A stretch of 64,000 nt of DNA from the human T2T-CHM13v2.0 reference genome, Homo sapiens (GCF_009914755.1 NC_060934.1), one strand, 5' to 3'; shown: positions 41,801-56,759, counted from the first letter of the stretch. A program made the numbers and translations. Notes: generated from the letters alone by a model not told the origin.

Positions 41801-44124
41801 GTCCGGGTCAGATGTCCCTCCCATGTGCTCCCAAAAGGCCCTGTTCTTATTCCTGGTACAACACATGTCAAACGCCCTGTAATCACCAATCTGATCCCTT
41901 GACCATCCTCTCCAACAGGGTCTGTTTCCTGAAGGGGTGTCTGGTGTCCTAATCAATGGGACATCCCTGTCACCTAATCACAGTAACTCACACAGAGGAG
42001 GTGCTCCCAAAAGATCAATGGGAAGAAGGGAAGGAGGGAAGGGGAAAGTAGCATGGGTCTGAACACATAGGAGGAGGCAGTTGCACACCCAGGAGGGTCT
42101 GAGTGGGCAGCTTAGGGGAGCCTCCCAGGCTAGGAGGGTGCAACACTCTTACTGGCCTGGATCTCGAGAAGGAAGCCTCCTGGATCAATGACTAGAGTAG
42201 GTTTCATGGCAGCTGTGATTTCCTATCACGGTGAATAGCTAAGTCGTGTTAGATGTTCACTCATACACATCCCCAGAGGCCTGGAGGAGAAATGCTTGAT
42301 CTCCTAACATAATCCAAAAAGTAATCTTCTAGACACTAGTATTTCAGGGGAAAGCACCTTCTTCCTCTTCTTCCTCATCTTTTAGTCCATACGATGAAAG
42401 CATAATGGATTCTGTAATTTATCCACCTGGCAGGACTTTTTATATTTTTTTGGCCCATAGGCCATAAATCAACCTGGGTCTACTTACCTACAGCAAGTCT
42501 AGTTTGCAGGGGAAGGTGGCGTTCAGATGCAGCCTTCCCTGCAGTCATTCTGGGGGAGAAGCCTCACTATGCTGACAGCTCCTGCCTGGGACAATGCATT
42601 CCATGTGGTATAATTAAACACATACCCTGCAGATCCAGGAAAGGTGAGTCCGGTGGGTTAAAGGAATCCATGCAGTGGGTAAGACATCAAATACCATGCT
42701 TGTTATCATTTTCTTCAACATAGTGGAATTGGTCCACTGACAATTTATACAAAATGCATGTCCTAAAATGAGAAGACAAGATGTATTTCAAACATACCTA
42801 AATTAAGTAACACATCTTTATAAGTTGTCTAGCTCTACACATAGACTACAGGTATCATTGCCTGGGAAACTCTTCCCTTATAGATTATGGAAATAAATGG
42901 ACTGCACAGATTTTTTCAGTTGAGGTTTAGTCAAGAATTCTCATCTAGGTATTTTGAAGACTAAGATGTTAATACAGGTCATTAGAAGCTTAGGCAATCC
43001 TTAGAAGCCTGGGTGTAAAGGACCAGGGCAAGTCCTGAAGGGTGGAGTTCTCCTTGGTCTCAGCCTCCTGCAGGACCCAAGTGAATCCTCTCAGGAGGCT
43101 GCCCAAGGTGCTTGGAGCTTCCATGTACAGCTCGGGGCCCACAGTCCTGAAGTAGGGTCTTTCCTGACAACGTCTCCTGGCAGAGGAAAAGCCCCATGAC
43201 CTCTCCTGTAGGGGAATTAGATGGTTTCTCTTTCTCTTTGGCCATCCAAGTTTTATAGGAAGCATTCTTGTTTCTTGTGGGATTCAACTGAAGTTTAAGG
43301 GACTTGAGCAGATATATAGTTTCCAGGCTGTATCCACTTTGGTTTGGGGTGAGGGAGCTCAGGTGGGAAGGGAGACATATCTGGAAGGTGCCTGAAATAT
43401 ATAAATGGTTTTTAATTTATGTATCCACAGTAGAAAATTTATTTTCATCGTGATTGTAAATCTTTATTTTTTTTCCCTTCAAATCACAAACAGGATTGTT
43501 AAGGCTTATTATGGTCAGAAGCTGGCCCCAAGTTTTACTAGACTTACAGACCTCTTAAAAACTTCAGGCTTACCACCCATTCCCAGGGCAGGAAGGTTAT
43601 TGCACCTCTTCTTTCTACAGATTCTGCATTGCTGCAATGAACAAGAGCATCATTTCGTAGAGGTCCAGCACATGTTAAAGCAAATAAAATGTAAAGCAAC
43701 ACTTTATAATGGCATACACGCTAAATTATAACTGTTTTCCTTTTTTGCCTCCCATCCTTAATGTGAAGGGTTTTCATTAGATGACAATGGAGCTGAGTGT
43801 TGCAAGATAAGTGGGGGTTGGTCACATGGAATTTGGGGAAGGCAGGGGATCCTACCATCAAGAGGAGTTACATACTCAAATCATGGAGACTTTCAAGAGT
43901 CTTGGGGAACCACAGGTAGATCTGCATGGCTGGATCCTCGGATAGGAACGGAAAGCATGAAGGATGAGATGATGACAGAGGCAAAAGCTAGACTCTGAGT
44001 TTTAGATTTTTATCCTAAACACAAAGGGGTCAAGTAAAAATAAGGCACAGTTTTTTGTATTGAAGGAGCCATGTGAAGAGCAGAAGTTTAATTTTATGAT
44101 GTCCAAATTATCTTTTTTACTTTC

Positions 44125-45878
<1,754 letters not shown>

Positions 45879-45941
45879 TATGATGTTAGCTGGTTATTTT
45901 GCTCGTTAGTTGATGCAGTTTCTTCCTAGCCTCGATGGTCT

Positions 45942-46970
45942 TTACAATTTGTCATGATTTTGCAGTGGCTGGTACCGGATGTTCCTTTCCATGTTTAGCA
46001 CTTCTTTCAGGAGCTCTTGTAGGGCAGGCCTGGTGGTGACAAAATCTCTCAGCATTTGCTTGTCTGTAAAGGATTTTATTTCTCCTTCACTTAGGAAGCT
46101 TAGTTTGGCTGGATATGAAATTCTGGGTTGAAAATTCTTTTCTTTAAGAATGTTGAATATTGGCCCCCACTCTCTTCTGGCTTGTAGAGTTTCTGCCAAG
46201 AGATCCCCTGTTAGTCTGATGGGCTTCCCTTTGTGGGTAACCTGACTTTTCTCTCTGGCTGCCCTTAACATTTTTTCCTTCATTTCAACTTTGGTGAATC
46301 TGACAATTATGTGTCTTGGGATTGCTTTTCTCGAGGAGTATCTTTGTGGCATTCTCTGTATTTCCTGACGCTGAATGTTGGCCTGCCTTGCTAGATTGGG
46401 GAAGTTCTCCTGGATAATATCTTGCAGAGTGTTTTCCAACTTGGTTCCATTCTCCCCGTCACTTTCAGGTACACCAATCAGACGTAGATTTGGTCTTTTC
46501 ACATAGTCTCATATTTCTTGGAGGCTTTGTTCGTTTCTTTTTATTCTTTTTTCTCTAAACTTCCCTTCTCACTTCATTTCATTCATTTCGTCTTCCATCA
46601 CTGCTACCCTTTCTTCCAGTTGATCGCATCAGCTCCTGAGGCTTCTGCATTCTTCCTGTAGTTCTCAAGCCTTGGCTTTCAGCTCCATCAGCTCCTTTAA
46701 GCAGTTCTCTGTATTGGTTATTCTAGTTATACATTCGTCTAAATTTTTTTCAAAGTTTTTAACTTCTTTGCATTTGGTTTGAATTTCCTCCTGTAGCTCG
46801 GAGTAGTTTGATCGTCTGAAGCCTTCTTCTCTCGTCAAAGAGAATGACTCGTCAAAGTCATTCTCCATCCAGCTTTGTTTCGTTGCTCGTGAGGAACTGT
46901 GTTCCTTTGGAGGAGGAGAGGTGCTCTGCTTTTTAGAGTTTCTAGTTTTTCTGCTCTGCTTTTTCCCCAT
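45942..46970 (-). pseudogene. L1 ORF1p, single frame with four nonsense codons
   Basis: MGKKQSRK...YQPLQNHDKL over 343 codons; three CGA>TGA and one TGG>TGA stops between 46667 and ~46509. Confidence 0.92.
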
Positions 46971-47998
46971 CTTTGTGGTTTTATCTACTTTTGGTCTTTG
47001 ATGATGGTGATGTACAGATGGTTTTTGGTGTGGATGTCCTTTCTGTTTGTTAGTTTTCCTTCTAACAGACAGGACCCTCAGCTGCAGGTCTGTTGGAGTT
47101 TAGTAGAGGTCCACTCCAGACCCTGTTTGCCTGGGTATCAGCAGCGGTGGCTGCAGAACAGCGGATTTTCCTGAACCACGAATGCTGCTGTCTGATTGTT
47201 CCTCTGGAAGTCTTGTCTCAGAGGAGTACCCGGCCGTGTGAGGTGTCAGTCTGCCCCTACTGGGGGGTGCCTCCCAGTTACGCTCCTCAGGGGTCAGGGG
47301 TCAGGGACCCACTTGAGGAGGCAGTCTGCCCGTTCTCAGATCTCCAGCTGCATGCTGGGAGAACCACTGCTCTCTTCAAAGCTGTCAGACAGGGACATTT
47401 AAGTCTGCAGAGGTTACTGCTGTCTTTTTGTTTGTTTGTGCCCTGCCCCCAGAGGTGGAGCCTACAGAGGCAGGCAGGCCTCCTTGAGCTGCAGTGGGCT
47501 CCACCCTGTTCGAGCTTCCCAGCTGCTTTGTTTACCTAAGCAAGCTTGAGAAATGGTGGGCGCCCCTCCCCCAGCCTCGCTGCCACCTTGCAGTTTGATC
47601 TCAGACTGCTGTGCTAGCAATCAGCAAGACTCCATGGGCATAGGTCCCTCCGAGCCAGGTGCGGGATACAATCTCCTGGTGTGCCATTTTTTAAGCCCGT
47701 CAGAAAAGCGCAGTATTCGGGTGGGAGTGACCCGATTTTCCAGGTGCCGTCTGTCACCCCTTTCTTTGACTAGGAAAGGGAACTCCCTGATCCCTTGCAC
47801 TTCCCGAGTAAGGCAATGCCTCGCCCTCCTTCGGCTCACGCAGGGTGCGCTGCACCCACTGTCATGCGCCCACTGTCTGGCACTCCCTAGTGAGATGAAC
47901 CCGGTACCTCAGATGGAAATGCAGAAATCACCTGTCTTGTGCGTTGCTCACGCTGGGAGCTGTAGACCAGATCTGTTCCTATTCGGCCATCTTAGCTC
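46971..47998 (-). promoter_or_regulatory. L1 5'UTR (internal sense and antisense promoters, YY1 site)
   Basis: Near-complete 5'UTR; GGCCATCTT YY1 motif at ~47985-47993; partly CpG-decayed. Confidence 0.75.
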
Positions 47999-48101
47999 AG
48001 GTGAGGTATCTCTTTCATTTCTTGTATGGCCACTAAAGACAAAGTCGGTATCATTTTACTTAGACCTTGTGCACATGCAAAATGCTCTTTGCATCTGTTG
48101 A
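47553..48101 (+). CDS. L1 antisense ORF0, extended (182 aa), putative
   Basis: N-terminus MVGAPPPASLPPCSLISDCCASNQ matches primate L1 ORF0; expression unknown. Confidence 0.4.
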   Translation: MVGAPPPASLPPCSLISDCCASNQQDSMGIGPSEPGAGYNLLVCHFLSPSEKRSIRVGVTRFSRCRLSPLSLTRKGNSLIPCTSRVRQCLALLRLTQGALHPLSCAHCLALPSEMNPVPQMEMQKSPVLCVAHAGSCRPDLFLFGHLSSGEVSLSFLVWPLKTKSVSFYLDLVHMQNALCIC

Positions 48102-48229
48102 TTAGCAGGCTCATAGCATCTGAGCAATTATCATTTATTGAGATTAAGACATATTGACTTCCAACGAGATCAGCTGGGGTTCTGTGCATACTTCCAGTTG
48201 TTTTTCATCAAAATTTTGTTAGGTGAACA

Positions 48230-49332
48230 AGGGAAAAACAACATCTTAATTTGCAATTATTTAATTATGAGGTATGTTGAGGTTCTTTTCAATTATTTGT
48301 GTGAAACTTGCGTTTTATTAGTGTAAACTGCCCATTTTTCTTTTTCCACTATTTTTATTATATTTTGCAGATGTGCAAAAAGCTTTTATATATATTAAGG
48401 ATTTTTCCCTTCTATCATTTTGGCAATCTTTTTTCTTGTTGTTGGGTTTTTATTTTTAATCATGATATTTTTGTTGTGAAATTTATCTGTCTTTTTTATG
48501 GGCTTTAGTTTTTGCTTCTTGCTTAAAATATCGTTTCTAATAAAAGATTACGTTTACTTGTTTTTTCTAATATATTTGCATTTGCCTTTTTAAAACATTA
48601 GAGGTTTTGATTCATCGGATTTAGGTAAATTTGTCAGGAAAGGTGGAACTGAGTTTTGCTTCTTCCTTGATGATGCAGTTTTCCCTTGTCATTTATTTAA
48701 CAATCAATTTTTGTCCAGTGATTCAAAATTCTGGATTATAATATGCTATAATCCTATATTTCATTCTGGACTCTCCTTCTAATGGTCAATTTGTCTATTT
48801 CTATTGTAGAGCAAAACTTTTAATGACCACAGTTACAGAATATGTTTCAATATCAAATGGCCCTTGACGTCATTACTACTTTCGTTTTCCCCAGAATTTT
48901 CCTGACTGTGCATGCATAATAGTGTTTCCAGATGAACTTTACAAATAGGTTTCATGGTTCTAGAATAAGATAATATATATGAGGGATGAAAGTTGATCTT
49001 TTTGTAATACTCAGGGTCAAGGTATAACTTCAAAATATTAGGTCTCCTATGTTCCTTAGAAATTTAAAGTGTTTCTCATAAAAATCCTTCAAGTATTTTT
49101 TGTTTAGTTTATCCTAGACATTTTTATTATTGTTTTTGCACACTAATGGGATGTCCTTTAATATTTTATTTTCTAAATACTTGCTGCTTATGCTTAAAAA
49201 TACTCTTTGATGTTTTATAACCTGCCATTTTGCTGAAGGCAGTTTACTAAATCCTAATGTTCTAATGGTTTTACTATATTTTATTTGAATGATTGCCTTG
49301 GTTGAAAGCTCTTTATAAAGTCCTAGACAGTG
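48230..49332 (-). mobile_element. Old L1ME-like fragment
   Basis: ttaatttgcaattatttaattatgagg..., gatgaactttacaaatagg, tttattttctaa; degenerate T-rich antisense L1. Confidence 0.6.
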
Positions 49333-49336
49333 TTGA

Positions 49337-49583
49337 TTCATGCCATCATCATTGTCATCCTCCTCCTCCTCCTACTTATCATCATCACTCTCACCGTGAT
49401 CCTTATCACCATCACCATCATCCTCATCATCACTATCATTATCCTCACCATCATTACTATCATCATCACCCTCATCATCCTCACCATCATCACCACTATT
49501 ACCAATATCACCATCACCATTATCACCATTATCCTCATCATCATCCTCACCATCATCATCTTTATCATGCTCCTCCTCATCAT

Positions 49584-49626
<43 letters not shown>
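49337..49626 (+). repeat. Degenerate (CAT/CAC/CCT)n trinucleotide tract ending in pure (CAT)13
   Basis: Directly visible; pure run 49587-49625. Confidence 0.95.
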
Positions 49627-49899
49627 GGTAGTAGGAGAGGAGTAATAACAGTGATAGCAATTTCAACCCTTCAGGCCCTACATTATTGACCCTGTTCTGC
49701 CCATGTAAAGAGTCAGAACAATTCTCAATGAGTGACTACCCAAAAAGGTGGGTCCCACAAATGAGAGTATAAAAAGTATTTATAAATTCACTTAATAAAA
49801 ACTTTATGGATTGTCTACATCAAACATTCAGTTATGGCCAAACATGCAAAAATAATCAAGGTACAAGACGAAAAATGGAAAGTTGAGTGTATCAATCAC

Positions 49900-50090
49900 C
49901 TTATGTACCTCATCTCATGTAATTGTCCCTAAAGCAATTTATCAGTTGTATATTGTTAATCCTGTTTTTGTAAACAGGAGTGTCAGTGAAACTGACACTC
50001 AGAAAGGCTAATTCCCTTGGCTAGGATAATACAGTGATGTATTTGGGATTGAAACTCAGGTCTATCTGATTCCAGAGTCCTCTCTCTTTT
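49900..50090 (-). mobile_element. MIR
   Basis: gaaactgacactcagaaaggctaattcccttggctagg...gggattgaaactcaggtctatctgattccagag. Confidence 0.65.
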
Positions 50091-50499
50091 TCCTCTACCC
50101 CTACTCCCTGGCATTTAGGAAAAGCCCTAGGCTTGAATTCTTAGTGCCATGAGATAAGTGATATAATGGACCCATGTGCAGAGGAAGGCGGGATCAAATG
50201 CCACCTGCCGTTGGGGGAGTGGGGAATAAGTGGGCATTCATCAGAAAACCAAGGGATTGGGGGGAGAGGTGTTGCAGAGATGGGAAATAGCATGTATGAA
50301 CCATGTATAAACATTTAACTGTTTTAAATGTGGTCATGAATTGCTGTATTTGAAATGCAGTGTGCTGCAATGGGAGGAGAGTTAGAGCTGAAACTCTGGC
50401 CAGAGGATGGAGAGGCTAATCTGAGTGTGTGGTAGGTTAGCATATCAATGGGCTGACATGCAGTTTTTCTTTTTTAATATCTTTATTAAGATACAATTC

Positions 50500-50848
50500 A
50501 CTACTACTCATCCATAAAAAAATGTATTTTACAGTAACTTGGATGGAATTGGAGGCCATTATTCCAAGTTAAGTAACTTAGGAATGGAAAACCAAATACC
50601 ATGTGTTCTCACTTATAAGTGGGAGCTGATATATGGGTACACAAAAGCATGGAGAGTGATATGTTGGACACCGGAGACTCACAAGTGGGGAGGGTTTGAA
50701 GAGGTGTAAGGGATTAAAAGAACTACATATTGGGTATAATGGACACTGCTTGGGTGATGGGTGTGCTAAAATTTCAGACTTCACCACTATACAGTTCATC
50801 CTTGTAGCTGGAAACCACTTGTACTCCTGAAGCTATTAGAAAAATAAA
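50500..50848 (+). mobile_element. L1PB 3' end, 5'-truncated, inserted in a short antisense L1M tail
   Basis: ggatggaattggaggccattatt...gttctcacttataagtgggagct...ttcaccactata; TSD aagatacaattca / aagatacaatgca. Confidence 0.85.
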
Positions 50849-51953
50849 GATACAATGCACACACCATAAAATTCATCCATTTGAAATACACAGCTGGGAA
50901 TGCCCATCGAGAGGAAGAGGTTTACATTTATCTTGAGGATACGGACTCAGGAGTCCTCAGAGCATCTGGGGAGTGAGAGTGTGTGGTGCCATTTGAGCAA
51001 AGGGTGAAGGAGACAGAAAGAGCTTTGAGGACAGACCAGAGAGATGCTGAGACTTAGTAGGCAGGCGGAGGAAGAGAAGCCCACGGGGGAGAGAAGGAAG
51101 GAGGAGAATGAGCAGCTGTGCATCACAGAAGAGGGTGCAGGAAGAGGGAGGCATCCACCAGGAGGACTGGAAAGAGTCCAGAGGACATGGCGGCCAGGAA
51201 GCCCTGCTAAAGCTTGGTGAGGGTGGGTCAGTGTGGAAGGATGCTAATCAGAGCGAGGAGAGGCATGAGAGGCAGGTGAGGCGGCTCAGCCATTGCTCAA
51301 AGAATCGCCCTTCAGAGGCCTTCCCAGCTCCACGGTGACATCCAGACGGTCTCCCTGGCCTCTATGTCCAGAAACTAGAGAGAAGCTCGACCAGTTCACC
51401 GTGTCTCATCCTTTCTCTGGCGCGATTTAGATGGTACCTGGAACCTGGGCTTGCCCCAGGTGGGCCTTCACATAGACCATCTCTATTGTTTTCAGGAATC
51501 CAAGAGGAAAGCAGAAGAAATTCTGGGGACCTGCAGCAGACAGACCCAGTTAAAAAGGCAACTCAAAGGCTCTAGCAAGATCTCAATTTGGCTCTGGGCT
51601 ATATTAATTCAGGTAGTCATATTGAACTCTGTTGAAATACGTGGGCCATGTTACATCTAGAACCTAAACTGTGGTGAAAGCCTGTGGGTAACCAATTCCA
51701 GGATATTCTTCAGAGTTACTCAGATGAAGCCTCTTTATTTATCAGCACTTCTTGATCAAGAAGAGCGAGTCCTGGGCCTGATGCCTTTTGTTGCAACTTG
51801 GGGTGACATATCTATTTTTTGGCAATTGTATTTGCAGTTCATAACAACGCTGCACTCCTCACCAATGACCTGAAACGTACACAGTTGGATGAGGCTCAGT
51901 CCTAGAGCCCTGGATCCTTCCTGCAGCCAGAATGCTGAAAGAACGCTACTCCA

Positions 51954-52231
51954 GGCTGGGCACAGTGGCTCAGGCCTGTAATCCTAGCACTTTGGGAGGC
52001 CGAGGCAGGTGGATCACCTGAGGTTAGACATTCGAGACCAGCCTGGCCAACATGGTGAAACCCTCTCTCTACTAAAAATACAAAAAATTAGCTGGGTGTG
52101 GTGGTGGGCACCTGTGATCCCAGCTACTCTGGAGGCTGAGACAGGAGAATCACTTGAACCCAGAAGGTGGAGGTGGCAGTGAGCCAAGGTCATGCTATTG
52201 TACTCCATCTCACAAAAAAAAAAAAAAAAAA
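51954..52231 (+). mobile_element. AluS with a small 3' internal deletion
   Basis: Alu body and polyA; TSD aagaacgctactcca / aagaatgctactcca. Confidence 0.95.
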
Positions 52232-52825
52232 GAATGCTACTCCACTCCTGTTGGCATGGAGCAGACTGAGTGTCCTCCGGGAAAACCTGAAGTTTGCTGT
52301 AGGCTCAGACTAGAAATGATCTTGCCGTGTTACAGTGAAACCAGGTCAAGGCTTCTCTCCCACTGAGCTCTTTGACCTTCAGTTTCTCAGTATCCTGGCC
52401 AAGCCTCAGAGGTTGAGGGGCTGAGGTCATTAGTAGACAACCATCATGTCAGGCTCAACTTCTTATCTTGCAGACCACCAAGGCCACACAGAGCCATCCA
52501 GAACTGCGTGATCCCAGCAACACTGTCCTCCTCCCTAGAGAACAGTTGGTGTGTGCCTTCTGCTTTTTTAGAGCATTTCCTCACTGTGGCATTGGCTGAT
52601 GCATTTTTATTTTCTGGATTTTAATTAAAATCCTGTAATATTCTGATCTAGGCAGCATAAAAACTCACATTCAAATATATGTGTGTCTGTGTGTGTGTGT
52701 GACAGCGGTGTATACACACACATATACATATGCTTTGAATAATTACAATACAGTTTTTCTCATATATACTAATTCTTTTTAAGCCAAAGGAAATAATTTA
52801 TATTTTTCAAAACTTTGCGTTTGGC

Positions 52826-52902
52826 CAAAAAACCAAAACCCAACCAAAACCAAAACCCAACCAAAAACAAAACCAAAACCAAAAACAAAACAAAACAAAT
52901 AA
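52826..52902 (+). repeat. (CAAAA/CCAAA)n simple repeat
   Basis: Directly visible. Confidence 0.85.
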
Positions 52903-54715
52903 ACCCTCCAAATCCCAGCACTATTGATTTAAAACAACTTGAAAAGTTTGAGGAGTTGCCTCATTTTTTTGCTTCTATTGTTTCCTGTATATAAATAGCC
53001 TTGCATGGCCTCATTTATCACTGTGACTTCTCTGGGGAACTTCCATTTCCTGCTACCTTAGCCTCCTACTTGTACAAAAACATGGAACAGGGAGCTAAAT
53101 ATCCCAAATAGAACAAGTCATTGAAAAAAAAAGCAATCAATGATGTGTGTAAATCATCTATCTGCAGGCAGGGGTATTTAGCAAGGGAATCTCAGTGAGG
53201 GTGTGGAGGAGAAAGATCTGTATAACACAGCACTAGAGAAATCTGCACACTCAAGCCTATCTCTGTCCAAGTGATGACTGGAAATCTTGGAAGTGCTGTC
53301 TGGCTGTGGAAGAAAACCAGGTGGTGGTAACTGCTTCACCATGTGGCACTGAGGGGCAAGGCTTGGGGACCAGCATGAATTAATCACAGGCTTTTAGAAT
53401 GTCATCACATTCCTTGGGTCTGGCTTTGGTGAATTCCAAAGCAAAAGCTGGAAGAGAAAGGCCATTTCAGCTTCAGCATTTTCTTTTTCAAATGCCAGTG
53501 TTGTGGTTTCAGGTTCCCTTTGATGTCAGTAGCCCAGAGCCTTTGCAGAGCGGGAACCCACTGCACGTGGCAGATGTGTTCAGTGTTTTCTGTAGAAAGA
53601 GACGCGGGGATGAGTTCTCCACCATTGAAGAGGCCAGTGAATGTGTAGGGCCCTCACTGTTGAGCAGCTGGCTCAGGATCCTTCCACTGATGCATTTTGC
53701 CTGATACAATCTCTGCAGAGAGGTCCATTTACTGTTCTTTGGTCAATCTTTGAAAGAGACACATTCCCTACCTCTCTGTAGATCAGCATAGTTATGAGAA
53801 TGATGAACTCAGCATTGCAATCCCTGCCTGCCAGTTTGCTGAGTGACCTTGAATGTGAGTTACCAAGGACTGCAATTGCCTGTCTTCCTTCAGAACATGC
53901 CTCAAGGAAGATATGCTCAGGTAAAGTAATCTGTTGACAAGCCAAGCAAAAGGCAACCTTTGATAATCTACCCAATGGAAACATTTAATGGAATTCAGCA
54001 GAGCTTGTATTACACAAAAATTATAAGGCATAGATATGGTCAAGTGTTCTGGAAAATTGCTTCTGGCTTTATCAAGTACTAGAGGCTTAGTTTTCAGAGA
54101 CTTAACGTGTTTAGTTTTAATTATTTTTTTCACATGTAACATACTTTATTTAATAAAGTATTTGAAACAGTTTACAAAAGTACACACCATATAAGAAGAT
54201 AAAGTATACACAAGGAGATTTCCAGGTTATGAATGAAACTTGCTACCTATGCCTGAATAAATATCTTCCACTTTCCAGTGGAATTCCCAGGGAATAAAGA
54301 AAAAGGTGCAAAACGTGTAGGGCTGGAAATAAGAGGTTTGATCACTGAGCCCAGCTGTGGAACTTCCGTAAGTGATTTACATACAGCTCATATCCAAAGC
54401 TCTGAACACCACCACACTGGGGAGGAAGCAGGAAGGAGACTGTTTGCCTTCACTCCATCTGCGTGGTTCTGCCTTGGAGACCTGGTCCCAGGTGTCAACC
54501 AGAAAGCCTGGCCACCAATTCCCAGTAAGAGGATTTGCTTTTGAGATGCTCAAGTCTTTCCTTACCCTACCACTTCTATGCCCAGCCACCCAATCGAGAA
54601 TTTCTCTGTTGTCACATCTATTATGCACATTGTTACTTGAGTGTTTAAGTGTTCACACAGTGATTCACTGCATCAAGAAATTGAACTCAACAGAAGAGAT
54701 GATGAAAACAGTTGG

Positions 54716-55008
54716 GGTCGGGCATGGTGGCTCACGCCTGTAATCCCAGCACTTTGGGAGGCCGAGGCGGATGGATCACGAGGTCAGGAGATCGAGACCA
54801 TCCTGGCTAACACGGTGAAAACCCCGTCTCTACTAAAAAATGCAAAAAGTTAGCCAGGTGTGGTGGCGGGCACCTGTAGTCCCAGCTACTCGGGAGGCTG
54901 GGGCAGGAGAATGGCGTGAACCCGGGAGGCAGAGCTTGCAATGAGCTCCAGCCTGGGCGACAGAGCTAGACTCTATCTCAAAAACAAAACAAACAAACAA
55001 ACAAAAAA
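54716..55008 (+). mobile_element. AluY
   Basis: Diagnostic gagatcgagaccatcctggctaacacggtg, gaatggcgtgaacccggg, gagcttgca; TSD aaacagttggg / aaacagtggg. Confidence 0.95.
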
Positions 55009-55571
55009 GGAAACAGTGGGAACGATAGGGAATCCCCCACTCTGGGCACTGCCACTGTGCATAAAATACCTTCAGCAAAGACGAAGGACAGTGTGTGTCC
55101 ACTCACCCAGAGCACTGTCTCCTCTTCACAGTCAGCACCCTGGGCCATCCCAGCAGAGGACAGGCCACGCCAGTTCAATAGAGACATATGAATCAGCTCC
55201 TGATAGACAAGGGAATTTCACCCACAGTTATCACATCACCACCTGTCCCTTAGCTTAAGCTCCTGCAGGTGAGAAAAAAGGAGATACTTTTTCCCACCTG
55301 TTGGCAAAGAACCTCAAGAGTTTTCTTGTCTTATTAGAACTTTATGAAATAAGACACTGGGACTAAAAGAGAAAAAATGATTAATCTAAGGATATGAAGA
55401 AAATGATTCACCACCTATAACAGAATAAAACTTTTATATTCATATGTCTTCTATGCTCAGAATAAAGTATAAAAAATCATAAAATCGGCAGTAAATATTT
55501 GCAAAAAATCCTACTCACTGGCTTTCCCAGGTAAAACATGATGGCAGGCATGCACAGTTTGCAGTTGACAG

Positions 55572-55860
<289 letters not shown>

Positions 55861-56759
55861 TACAGTTTTTTGTATTGCATAAAATAGTTCTACCTTGTTA
55901 AGTACATTCAACTTTATGATTTACATTTATCATGTAATTAAAAATCCATCAATCTAGTGTATGTTGATAGAAGGTCTGCTTTTGGTATTCTTTTTGCTTG
56001 AATACTCCTATCAGTTACTGAATTATTTGGTATGTGGAACTCCTAGAACCACAGGGAGGTATGCAGGTATCATCAAACCTGGCAAATTTCCTTTGTGGAA
56101 TAACAAAAACTGTGATTCCACAGCTTTTCTAAGACGTTGGAGATTCTCTTTTAGACTAAGCAAAATTCTCATTACAGAATGTAACCCAGGCCAATTTATA
56201 ATTGAATCTCTATTTGTTCTGATGATGCTTCTAAAATAGCACTGATATGTTTAAGAAGTTTGGGATTTTTAATTTACTTCAAGGATTAGCTCATATGTTT
56301 AACTGGAGTTTTAATCCTGTGATACGTACATTGGATTCATGATCCTTTATGCAGCATTTTTAGTTTTGTGATGTTTGGCAGAATGACAATAAGGTTTCCC
56401 CCCATTTTGGTTTCAGAAGGACATGAATAGTGTGTATCATAACTCCTAGTCCTAACCACTTTCAAAACCAGCATCTTTTTTTGTAAATGTTGCTATTGCT
56501 TGTCCAGGTACCTCAATTGTAGCTTGTGTAATGTTTATGAATATCTGTCTCTTATGACTTTCATAATGGCTAGTTGATATTTAAAAATCTATTTCTGTTT
56601 TGAGGGGTGTGGAAAAAAAGCACTAAATAACAATTTGAGAAAGGCATATTACTTCCAGATTCTGATGTGTGTGGGAAAATACTGTCACAGTGAAAAGCTT
56701 GACAATTTACTGCAACAAGGAACTAATAGCTTATCAAAACCAACTTGTACAGACTAATA

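Noticed and set aside
49293-49689. Poly-His / poly-Ile / poly-Met ORFs
   Set aside because: Translations of a CAT-type simple repeat, open in several frames and on both strands; no gene context.
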